Origin: Octopus sinensis
Lineage: Eukaryota
Direction: 5' to 3'
DNA: 33,823 nt
Assembly (NCBI RefSeq): GCF_006345805.1
Contig: NW_021831967.1
Location: forward strand, 1 to 33,823
Shown: positions 24,656-33,823 of the stretch, piece after piece
Numbering within the stretch: the stretch's first letter is position 1
How the letters are laid out: every line of letters begins with the position of its first letter
Program-made: the position numbers and the translations under genes
Notes under the pieces: generated by a model
Seen by the model: the letters and a program-made list of their open reading frames with translations, nothing else
Told to the model about the DNA's origin: nothing
The model's database searches: none

Positions 24656-24860
24656 ACGTGGCATTCCGTCGGTTACGATGACGTGGGTTTCCGATGCAGT
24701 GATAAATAGAACAGCCTGCTCGTAAATTTCACGTGCAAAGCACCACACAGGCACACGTACCCTTAAAGTAGTTCCCAGAAAGATTCAGTATGAGTCAAAA
24801 TGTGACAAGGTTGGCCCTTTGACAAACAGGTACTACTCATTTTTACCAGCTGAGTGAACA
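24656..24860 (-). mobile_element. SINE family C 3' part, inverted
   Basis: Reverse complement matches the 3' half of 12617-12929 (CAAAGGGCC..CCTTG..ACA...CTGAATCT..CTG.GAACT.C.TTAAG.GTAC...TCGTAACCGACG). Confidence 0.65.
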
Positions 24861-25355
24861 AGGGCAATATGCTTTAATTATTGCAGCTGTAATTTCTGAT
24901 TTTAGAATGTGCAGCGCCACCTTGTTTATTTTATTTGGTTATTTTAATAACACTCAAGAGTAGAAACGATCATATTTGAAGCTTTTGATTAAAACTGAAT
25001 TTAACCGTTCGTTAGGTGAGCAGTAATATTATTCCCGTCGTCTCTACGATTTTCCCTGATGTCACTTCACTGTCAATAAAAACGGAGATCCTGTCGAGAG
25101 AGTAAAATGTAATTCTCCGAACACTTTTACCCATGCCTAAAATGCATACCACAAATTTTGTTGGATTATCTGGTTTGATGTTACAGAGTCTCTGCAAATC
25201 TTGACAATATGTACACCCATCGAAGCTGCTGAGGCAAAAGGACATGAATGGAATGCCTCACGTATATGTTTCCGATTACAGTTTGTGCAGTGTACGCAAG
25301 CTTTACCCAATGAATAATAGTTGTATATTTTCGTTGGAAGAGAAAGATATCTATA

Positions 25356-26113
25356 TTGGGTTCGCATCAGTTCCCACCGTTTTTTTTTTTTAAATTTTGG
25401 AATCTATTGCGTTTGCAAATTTTGGAATCTATTGTGTTTCGAGAATTTTATTTCTGAATAATTTTGGAATCTATTTTGTTTTGTTTCGTTTTTTATAGTT
25501 AATTTTGGCTAATTTTGGTTTATTTTCAGATCATTAAAATGGAATGTCGAGTTAAGAAAAACGAACATCTTCGACACCTCCGTCTTTTTGCTTTTCATCA
25601 AGGTTCTAAGGCCGCAAAAGCTGCTGACGGTATTTGTGCTGTATATGGAGAAGGCGCCATAACTGAAGGAACCGCTCGTGATTGGTATGCCAAGTTCAAA
25701 AATGGAAATTTTGACCTCAAAGTCGCACCTCGTTCTGGCCGTCAGGTTGAGTTCGATGAAGAGCAATTAAACCAACTTTTGCCCGAAGATTCTCGTCAAA
25801 CGACAAGGGAACTGGCAGAGAAAAGGGCATGCTCACACACTGCTATAGAGAAACATCTTCACTCGATGGGAAAGGTTCAGAAGTATGGAGCATGGGTTCC
25901 GCATGCTTTAAGTGACAGCAACAGAAATCAACGAGCCACAATCTCCGCTGGTTTGCTTGCTCGTCACCGCTCAACTGATGGACACAAGCAACGATTTCTT
26001 TACCGTATCGTTACTGGTGACGTAAAATGGTGCCTCTACATCAATATGAATCAACGTAAGGAATGGCTTAACCCCGGTAAACAAGCGATTCCGCACGTAA
26101 AAGATCTTCACCA
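25356..26113 (+). mobile_element. Mariner transposon 5' half (TIR, N-terminal transposase), 3'-truncated
   Basis: TA-TTGGGTT... terminus. ATG at 25539 gives MECRVKKNEHLRH...WYAKFKNG (HTH)...PRSGR...WVPHAL...IVTGDVKW (first catalytic D), ending at KDLH where SINE sequence starts. Confidence 0.9.
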
Positions 26114-26405
26114 GCTGCGTTCTAAGGTCGATCTAATCGACTCGCTCCCTCCCCCAAAAATTCGGGCCTTGTGTCTCGAGTAGAAAAGATTATTCAAGGC
26201 GGCGAGCTGGCAAAATCGTTAGCACACCGGGCGAAATGCTTACCACTATTTCATCTGTCTACGTTCTGATTTCAAATTCCGCCGAGGTCGACTTTACATT
26301 TCATCCCTTCGGGGTCTATCATAAAAGTACCACTTGAATTCTGGGGTGGATGTAATCGACATAAATCCTCCCATGTAATTGCTGGCCTGAAACCAATATT
26401 TAATC
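26114..26405 (+). mobile_element. SINE family A 3' half followed by a full copy
   Basis: GGTCGATCTAATCGAC...CCCCAAAAATTCGGGCCTTGTG..GAGTAGAAAAGATTATT, then AAGGCGGCGAGCTGGC at 26196. Confidence 0.8.
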
Positions 26406-26608
26406 TCACTCAGTAGAGGGTATTTTGCTATCGGTCCACCTTATAAACGATTTCTTCTATAAGCTACATATTCTTGTACGTGAGCTTTTGAAAATATTTA
26501 TATGCAAATGATTAAAACGTATAGACATATTGATAAACACACCGATATATACATAACCCATTCAGAAACGTTCTCTATATATTAAAAATGTGTGTAAACA
26601 TAATTACA

Positions 26609-26658
<50 letters not shown>

Positions 26659-27129
26659 GTATCGATCAGCGTCTAGACAGACGTCACCGGTATTATTTTT
26701 ATTGAGATAATGCGGACAAAGTTCACATCTTTTAACTTCAGTCTAGTATCATCGGTATTCAATCAACGATTTGATGACCTTTCCAATATTATATGTTACC
26801 ACTGATTGAACAGAAGAAGAAAAGGGGGCGCTTTCTCAATGTATTTATCCCATTGAATATTATTCATATATTTCCTTTCACATTTTATATTTAACATAGA
26901 TTTTCTGTATATTTATTGTTGATACAAAATATTTAGATCCTTTATATTGATGTCTTGTATTTCCCTTTCATCATTATCATTTTCTTTTTCATTTTGACTT
27001 CCTTCTAACCTCTATGCATCCTCCCTACCTGCACTGGCAATCATATATCCATACATACTTACGTTTTGTTTGTTCTTTTATCTTATTAGCTCCGTCTCTC
27101 TTACTTTTCTCTTACAACCTCAATTTCTG

Positions 27130-27630
27130 TCTGTGTCTCTGCACACCCATACAAACACACACACACAGAGGCACACACCACACACGCACACACACATACA
27201 CATATACAGTTACACATTTATGTATACATATATGTATGTAGATATACATATATATATATATACATACATGTATATAAATATAGGCATATATATATATACG
27301 TGTGTGTGTGCGTGTGTTCGTATATATATATTAATATTATATATATATATATATATATACATACATATATATATACATACATACATATATATATATACAT
27401 ATATATATGCATATATATATATATATGCATATATATGTATACATACATATATATATATATATATGCATATACATATATATGTATATATATATATATATAT
27501 ATACATGTGTATGTATATACGCACACACACAATATGTATTATGCATGTGTGCTTGCGTACGTGCATGTGGCAGTGCTGTGTTTGTGTGTCTGTGTATTTA
27601 TTCGTGTGTTCATGTGTGTGCATCCGTGTG
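27130..27630. repeat. (CA)n/(TA)n/(TG)n compound microsatellite
   Basis: Direct reading. Confidence 0.9.
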
Positions 27631-27964
27631 TCTATAGCGTGAAATTTGTGTTTGCTTTCATGTTTTCACAGAACTTTTTGCTAACATAAATAGCATTTGT
27701 GAAACGAGAACAGTTTTTTATTGCCTAAAACATAAAAGAATAGAAATCTGACAATAAGTTATGCCAAAGATTAGATACTTCCACAGATAAAATTCGGTGC
27801 TTTCATCAGCTGCGTGGAAAGTTTCAGGCTGATCACCATATTTTTACAACATATCTCCCATCTTAATAAATATATGCCTGTCACGTGACAGTAACAGACA
27901 GTGACGGCTAAGTATTTGTCTGACTTCAAGCTCTACAGCCAATTGCCACCCTTCCCTACTTTTT

Positions 27965-28036
27965 CCTCCTCATTCTACTATTACTACTACTATTACTACT
28001 ACTAGTACTACTACCCCCCCACTACTACTACTAATG

Positions 28037-28074
<38 letters not shown>

Positions 28075-28085
28075 TATTATTTTAT
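27965..28085. repeat. (TAC)n/(TTA)n microsatellite
   Basis: Direct reading. Confidence 0.9.
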
Positions 28086-28110
28086 TTTTATTTCAATTTT
28101 TTGGCCACAG

Positions 28111-28146
28111 TGTGAATGACGAGTGGGACAATCCAGAGACCGAAGA
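28111..28146 (+). CDS. Possible 36-nt frame-preserving exon of an unidentified plus-strand gene (VNDEWDNPETE)
   Basis: Acceptor ttttttggccacAG and donor GTAAGT at 28147. Only one of three frames is open. No homology recognised. Confidence 0.25.
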
Positions 28147-28250
28147 GTAAGTACACATTGAAAAAGAAGAGACATACGCATAGCTTTCAACAGTCAAAAA
28201 CAAAATGGTGGGGTGGGTGATACATGTGGCCCGCCTGATACAGGAAAGCC

Positions 28251-28252
<2 letters not shown>

Positions 28253-28315
<63 letters not shown>

Positions 28316-28574
28316 TGATAATAATACTACTACTAATAATAATAATATAACTAATGATAATCCATTCTACATTAGGCACAAGGCCTGCAATTTGGGGGAA
28401 GGGGATAAGTCGATTACATCGACCCCAGTGTGTGACTGGTACTTAATTTATCGTCCTGAAAGAATGAAAGGCAAAGTCAATCTCGGTGGAATTTGAGCTC
28501 AGATGGAGCTAGCTGCAAGCGGAATACCAGCGTGCTAACGATTCTGCCAGCTGACTGCAATAATAATAATAATG

Positions 28575-28639
<65 letters not shown>

Positions 28640-28640
28640 T
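28253..28640 (-). mobile_element. Inverted SINE family A copy (about 28375-28560) between two (AAT)n arrays
   Basis: Reverse complement matches family A. (AAT)n lies at about 28253-28355 and 28560-28640. Confidence 0.7.
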
Positions 28641-28869
28641 AGTATCTGAAAGATATCTGAGCTTCTAGGCTTCTGGTCTGAAAACAAAGCCATCAAATAT
28701 CCCCAATATAACAAGGTAGTGTTGCAAGTATGGACAGGCGCATTAGATTATCTCATGATACATTGGATTATCTCGCATTTGTTATACAGATATACGGCCT
28801 CGTTTTGTGCATATTTGACCAAGTGAATATGAGATTTGTATCGAAACGCAGTGAAGCAGCCATATCGTC

Positions 28870-29053
28870 ATGATGAAAATTATGATGCTGCTGCTTTTGT
28901 TGCTGTCGCTGCTGCTGCTGCTGATGACGATGAGGATTATCATCATCATTGTCATCGTCATTATAGTATTAATACAACTATCACCACCGGTATCAACCCC
29001 CATCACCACCACTATCACCACACTATTACAACTACTGCTACTGCTGCTGCTGG

Positions 29054-29104
<51 letters not shown>

Positions 29105-29150
29105 CATTACTACTACCACTACTACTGCTGCTGCCACTGCCGATGCTACT
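28870..29150. repeat. (GCT)n/(CAT)n/(CAC)n/(ACT)n trinucleotide mosaic
   Basis: Direct reading. Confidence 0.9.
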
Positions 29151-29444
29151 TAATTGATTTAAATGAAAAGTTTGATTGAGCAAATTGCGCAATAGTGTAC
29201 ATTAAACAATAACACTCATGCATTGTTTCTTTTTCTTTCTATGCTAGCGGCATTGAGAGACAATGAGCAGAATCTCTGAATAATTCGATCGGAGAATTTT
29301 GTCACTTATTATTACATCGACTCATGTAGAATACTGTACGTTAATTTGATGATTGTCTCATCACCCCTTTAACAAGTTTGCACGAAATTTATATTATTTT
29401 CTAAGTCCGAAATATTCAAAGTCCGAAATATTACAGGAGGGGCT

Positions 29445-29600
29445 AGTCGATTAGATCGACCCAATTATGCAACAGGTATTTAATTTATCGACCTTGAAAG
29501 GATGAAAGGCAAAGTCGACCTCGGCGTAATTTGAACTCAGAATGTAACGGCAGACAAAGAACGAAATTTATATTCTTTTCTACTCTAGGCACAAGGCCCG
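29445..29600 (-). mobile_element. SINE family A fragments, inverted
   Basis: GTCGATTAGATCGACCC...GAAAGGATGAAAGGCAAAGTCGACCTCGGCG.AATTTGAACTCAGAA is the reverse complement of the family A body. Confidence 0.75.
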
Positions 29601-29609
29601 AAATGCAGA

Positions 29610-30503
29610 TGAAATGATGGGCAAGGAAAAGTTTAACCAAAGAGCAGAGTAAAAACGAGAAGACGTTCTTGAAATGAAAATGGATGGACAATTTGAAAGG
29701 AATACATATGACGTTAAGGATAGTACAGCATCGTTGGCATGGCTTGAGCGAGATGATTTGAAGCTTAGCACCGAAAACCTGATCATTGCTGCACAAGGCC
29801 AGGTTCTCGCTACCAATTCAGTGAAGTATAACATCTATAAAACTTCTGACACCCATAAATGCAGATTCTGTGGAAAGAGCATTGAAAATGTGACCCACTT
29901 GGTAAGTGGATGTGAGAGCCTTGCACAAAAATAATACAGGCGCCGCCACGATAAAGTGTGTGCGTATCTTCATTGGCTCTTATGCCGCAAATACCAATAT
30001 GAAGTAACAGAGAACTGGTATGAGCATGTACCAAGTTAAGTTATGCAGGAGGATGGAAAAGTAACGATACTCTTGGACTATGATTTTCAGAAGGATCGTG
30101 TAATCAAACACCGTCGGCCAGATATTGTCATATTGAGAAAGAGAGACAAATACTGTCAGATCATCGATTTAGCCATATCAAATGACATGAATGTTGCAAG
30201 TAAAGATGTTGAAAAAGTCACCAATTACTCCGAATTGAAAATGGAAATAGCAAGACTGTATGGAATGTGAGAGGGTAGTATAAGAGTGATACCAGTGGTG
30301 ATCGGAGCGTTTGGCTCAATCATATTGAAACTTCAAAATTTCTCAAGGCAATTGGAAATCCCATGCATCATTGATGTCTTGCAACCACAGCCTTATTGGG
30401 TACAGCGCACATCTTAAGGAAAGTATTATCTGTCTGAGGTCCTTGTTGTGACTTGACAGGTGACTAAAGACTCCGCATTTTTACCTGCACTGTTTTACAG
30501 AGG
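29610..30503 (+). mobile_element. R4/Dong-like RLE retrotransposon 3' fragment (copy D)
   Basis: WLERDDLKLSTENLIIAAQGQVLATN, CRFCGKSIENVTHLVSGC, RHDKVCAYLHW, HRRPDIVI, IIDLAISND, VIPVVIGAFG and LLGTAHILRKVL, then a 3' UTR ending TTTTACCTGCACTGTTTTACAGAGG-AATAAT. Confidence 0.88.
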
Positions 30504-30519
30504 AATAATATCAATAATA

Positions 30520-30900
30520 GTCCTTTCTACTCTAGGCACCGGCCTAAACTACAACTTAATTTATCGACCGCGAAAGTGTGAAAGGCAAAGTCGACCACGG
30601 TGGAATTTGAACTGAGAATGTAAAAGCATACGAATCACGAAATTTATATTCCAACGAGGTGGCATAATAACTCCGAAATATAGCCGACGTTTTCTATAGA
30701 ATTTGCATCATGATTGAAATGATATTGGTTTCAAATTTCGGCAAAAGGCCAGCAAGTTCGATCCCAGTGCTCACCACGTAATTTATTTAATGGTCACTTT
30801 TCAAGGATGAAAATCAAATTTGACCTCGGCAGAATTTGAACTTGAAATGTATAGACAGAGAAAATACCGCCCAGTATTTTATCCGGCATGCTAACGGTTT
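30520..30900 (-). mobile_element. Degenerate inverted SINE family A fragments
   Basis: GAAAGGCAAAGTCGACCACGGTGGAATTTGAACT and GACCTCGGCAGAATTTGAACTT...CCGGCATGCTAACG. Confidence 0.65.
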
Positions 30901-31048
30901 TAAAATCTCCCCGCTTTAACGATTAAAATGATATAAGTTTATTTCCGTTTTGTATTTGGCTTGCAAAATTCTTGATGTGAACTCGTGTGTTGAAAATATA
31001 TTGTTTATGACTATAATAAACACACGCACTTTTTCTATTTGATTCCTA

Positions 31049-31049
<1 letters not shown>

Positions 31050-31086
<37 letters not shown>

Positions 31087-31310
31087 TATTATTATTATTA
31101 TTATTATTGTTGTTCCTCCGTAACACAGTGCAGGTAAAAATGCACCGGGTCTTTAGGCGTCTGTCAAGTCGCAACAAGGACCTGAGACAAGTAATACTTT
31201 CCTTAAGATGTGCGCTGTGCGTAATATATCTGTTTTTATTGCAAGACATCAATCTTGCATGAGATTTCCAGTTGCCTTAAGAAGTTTTGAAGTTTCAATG
31301 GGATTGAGCC
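31050..31310 (-). mobile_element. RLE 3' end fragment (copy E, same family as D) with (AAT)n tail
   Basis: Reverse complement of 31115-31310 closely matches about 30330-30503 (CATTGAAACTTCAAAA..., ACAGCGCACATCTTAAGGAAAGTATT, TTTTACCTGCACTGTGTTACGGAGG). Tail (AAC/AAT)n at 31050-31114. Confidence 0.85.
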
Positions 31311-31429
31311 CAACGTTTATGTACATGTATTTACTAGATTGCTAACATTTAGCAATGTTTTCACCCATTGTGCTGATGCGGCGTTTATCATTAATAAAAT
31401 TGTCAGCCAGTTTTGCCAAAATGCTAATT

Positions 31430-31565
31430 GTAACTTAGCGGTTCAGCAAAAACAACCGATAGAATAAGTAGTAGCTTTTCAAAATTTGTCCTGGGGTCAA
31501 TGTTTTCGACTGCCCCAGCATGGCCGCAGTCAAACCACTGAGACAAGTAGAGGATAAAAGACAAA
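31430..31565 (+). mobile_element. SINE family B 3' segment
   Basis: Nearly identical to about 32610-32750. Confidence 0.75.
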
Positions 31566-32069
31566 ATAAGTGAAATAGAATCAGGGCATGTGTATATATT
31601 ATTGGTACAATGACCCTCCGGAGAAACAATAAATTAATAATAGTCTATCCTATGAAATATTTGTTGCTCAGAATAACAAAAATATTTCATAAATACAGCC
31701 TTCTTACTGTATAGCATTAGTTATAAAAAATAATATCAATAACGAAAGGTCTTAAAACTTTATAGAATTTATTTTGCAGATACATTTGGACATGTGTAAA
31801 GTATTTTGATGTTTTCTTTTGCATTTGGTGATGTCAATGAAATTTCTTTCAACTTGAGTTCGACGCAATATCACGGTCTCTTTGTCTAGTAAGTTGTATC
31901 ACGGTGTCATTTCATTGTGCTTATGATAACTAGTATAAATATTATCATATATATTACTTTATTTTATTGGTATGCTTTTCAGAGAAGCTCTGTAGGAGTT
32001 CAGACAATACAAGAAGAAATATAATGTAGGTATCTGCATTCTGCTATGAAGAGAGGAACTAATCTTTTC

Positions 32070-32079
32070 TTTATATATA

Positions 32080-32163
<84 letters not shown>

Positions 32164-32167
32164 ATAA
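32070..32167. repeat. (TA)n microsatellite
   Basis: Direct reading. Confidence 0.95.
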
Positions 32168-32344
32168 TGTTATTCGCCATGATAGATCGGTAGCCACTAC
32201 ACACATTTTTTTGTCTCCTTGTTTCTCTCCTTGTTTCTTTCTGTGTTCCTTTCTGTAGAAGAGCGTAAGCTCGAAATGTTAAAGACTTTTTCAATTCCCG
32301 AGCCTTATACTAATACATCTTCATTTAAAAACTAAGTTGTGGTT

Positions 32345-32750
32345 AGGTGCAGGTGTAGATGTGTGCTAAGAAGCTTGCTTCCCAACCAGATGGTTGCGAG
32401 TTCAGTTTTACTGCGTGGTACCTTGGGTAAATCTCTTCTTACTATAGACTCATGCCGACGAAAGTCTTGTGAATTGATCTGGTAAACGGAAACTAAAAGA
32501 AGCCTTTCGTATATATATATACATATATGTATATGTTTACGTGTGTTTGTGTGCGTGTCTTCATCACCCTACCACCGCTTGATCGTCGGTGCTGGTGCGT
32601 TTACTTCCACGTAACTTAGCGGTTCAGCAAAAACAACCGATAGAATAAGTAGTAGCTTTTCAAAATTTGTCCCGGGGTCAATGTTTTCGACCGGCCCCAG
32701 CATGGCCGCAGTCAAACCACTGAGACAAGTAGAGGATACAAGACAAAAGA
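32345..32750 (+). mobile_element. SINE family B copy
   Basis: AAGAAGCTTGCTTCCCAACC...GTTCAGT...GGTACCTTGGGTAA...GGAAACTAAAAGAAGCC, matching the 3345 copy, followed by the shared 3' segment. Confidence 0.75.
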
Positions 32751-32958
32751 GAAGTTAGAAAGCAATGCCCGATACCTTTAAGAGAATCTCCAAGAGACTG
32801 TTGGAACAAGAAGTTTGTTCCTATGTACGTGAGCAGGATTTTAGACATCCTTTCGACGCATTTATGCATCCACTCAAGTATGCGTGTGTCTATACATTTG
32901 ACGGATATTTATCCTCATCTTGCCCGCGCGCTTAACCATTACGCTATATGCCCGCATT

Positions 32959-33031
32959 TGGCGTAGTGGTTAAGCGCGCGGGCTACCAACACCAAGATTC
33001 AGAGTTTGATTCCAAGCAGTGACCTGAATAT

Positions 33032-33064
<33 letters not shown>

Positions 33065-33081
33065 ACACACCACTACCACAT

Positions 33082-33121
<40 letters not shown>

Positions 33122-33158
33122 GCTACGACTACTACTACTACTACCACCACCATCACCA

Positions 33159-33212
<54 letters not shown>

Positions 33213-33823
33213 ATAATAATAATAATAATAATAATAAATGCCCTGATGCAGTCCCAGGCAGTGGCTCTCGTGGCTTCTGATCTTAATTAATTGGAAGTGT
33301 TATCATGTACATTGTATTGTCTTAGTATAAAAGATGGGCTACAGCAAATATTCTGCTCAATACCACAGATTTGCTTGTCAGTTATTGGACCTTAATCAGT
33401 TGAGCATGTCCTTTAGTGGCTGACGATATGTGCATCTCTGATCACGAGCAGAAGTAGTGGGGGAGAACCATAGCCATGTGTTGAGAGGAATTCTTTGGAG
33501 TTTGAATAATTCACCTCTGGAAATATGGGTGTTTCGTTCAACATCCTTAAACAACCCTTATTCAGGGACCTTTTGAGCGGGATGTGTTACTCAACCAGAA
33601 GAAAACTCTAATTGGGTCCCACTAGCAAGTTCATGTGCTGTTTATCTTGATATGAGATCACCATGTCGCGCATATATGGTTGTGATGCATGTGCCTAGTG
33701 TACCCTTATCAGACGGGTAGTCATGATGGGTATACTGGGCTTCGTATATTTTAACTCAGTGTCACTTTGATGGCATGCGCTGATCTTTCACCCAATAATA
33801 ATAATAGCATCGAAAAAAAATTA
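32959..33823 (+). mobile_element. tRNA-headed repeat with internal (ACT)n(AAT)n tract and long body, running off the window
   Basis: A box TGGCGTAGTGG (32959-69) and B-box-like GAGTTTGATTCC, trinucleotide tract 33030-33238, about 550 bp body, then (AAT)n. Confidence 0.55.

Noticed and set aside
25012-25367. Cys-rich minus-strand ORFs as upstream SLC6 exons
   Set aside because: No GLGNVWRFP, LGQF, LPW or WNT motifs, and no convincing splice sites.
27795-27830. CTGATGAAAG on the minus strand as a hammerhead core
   Set aside because: No closing GAAA or stem I pairing.
28820-28855. GAT-TTGT-ATC-GAAACGC hairpin resembling hammerhead stem II
   Set aside because: The upstream core is not CUGANGA or a compensatory variant, and there is no stem I.
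31983-32029. Plus-strand segment RSSVGVQTIQEEI* after a TTTTCAG acceptor
   Set aside because: Phase is incompatible with the other plus-strand candidates, the donor is weak, and such signals are expected by chance in AT-rich DNA.
32959-33025. tRNA gene
   Set aside because: The acceptor and T stems are not well formed and the head runs into a repeat body; treated as a SINE-like head.

Overview
AT-rich, microsatellite-dense eukaryotic genomic DNA, most likely octopus or another cephalopod (inferred from the repeat landscape). The only host gene I can support is a minus-strand SLC6 (Na+/Cl- dependent neurotransmitter or amino-acid transporter) gene. Two exons are visible (15030-14763, TM4-TM5; 5652-5424, TM6-TM7), and they splice in frame across a 9.1-kb intron; its other exons were not found in the window. 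The rest is intronic or intergenic and full of mobile DNA: a young 5'-truncated Tx1-like LINE (APE-RT-CCHC) inside a (TATC)n array; five decayed R4/Dong-like RLE LINE fragments, several with (AAT)n tails; a Penelope-like RT fragment; two mariner remnants; a small Tc1/mariner-type MITE; and many tRNA-headed SINEs. The most notable observations are the apparent (GATA)n/(TATC)n-targeting Tx1 element, a minimal type I hammerhead-ribozyme-like fold with a U3-A8 core on the SLC6 sense strand inside the intron, stacking of RLE elements via (AAT)n arrays, and unusual TM6 residues in the transporter. Most ORFs in the supplied track are microsatellite artefacts. Repeat boundaries were read by eye and are approximate.
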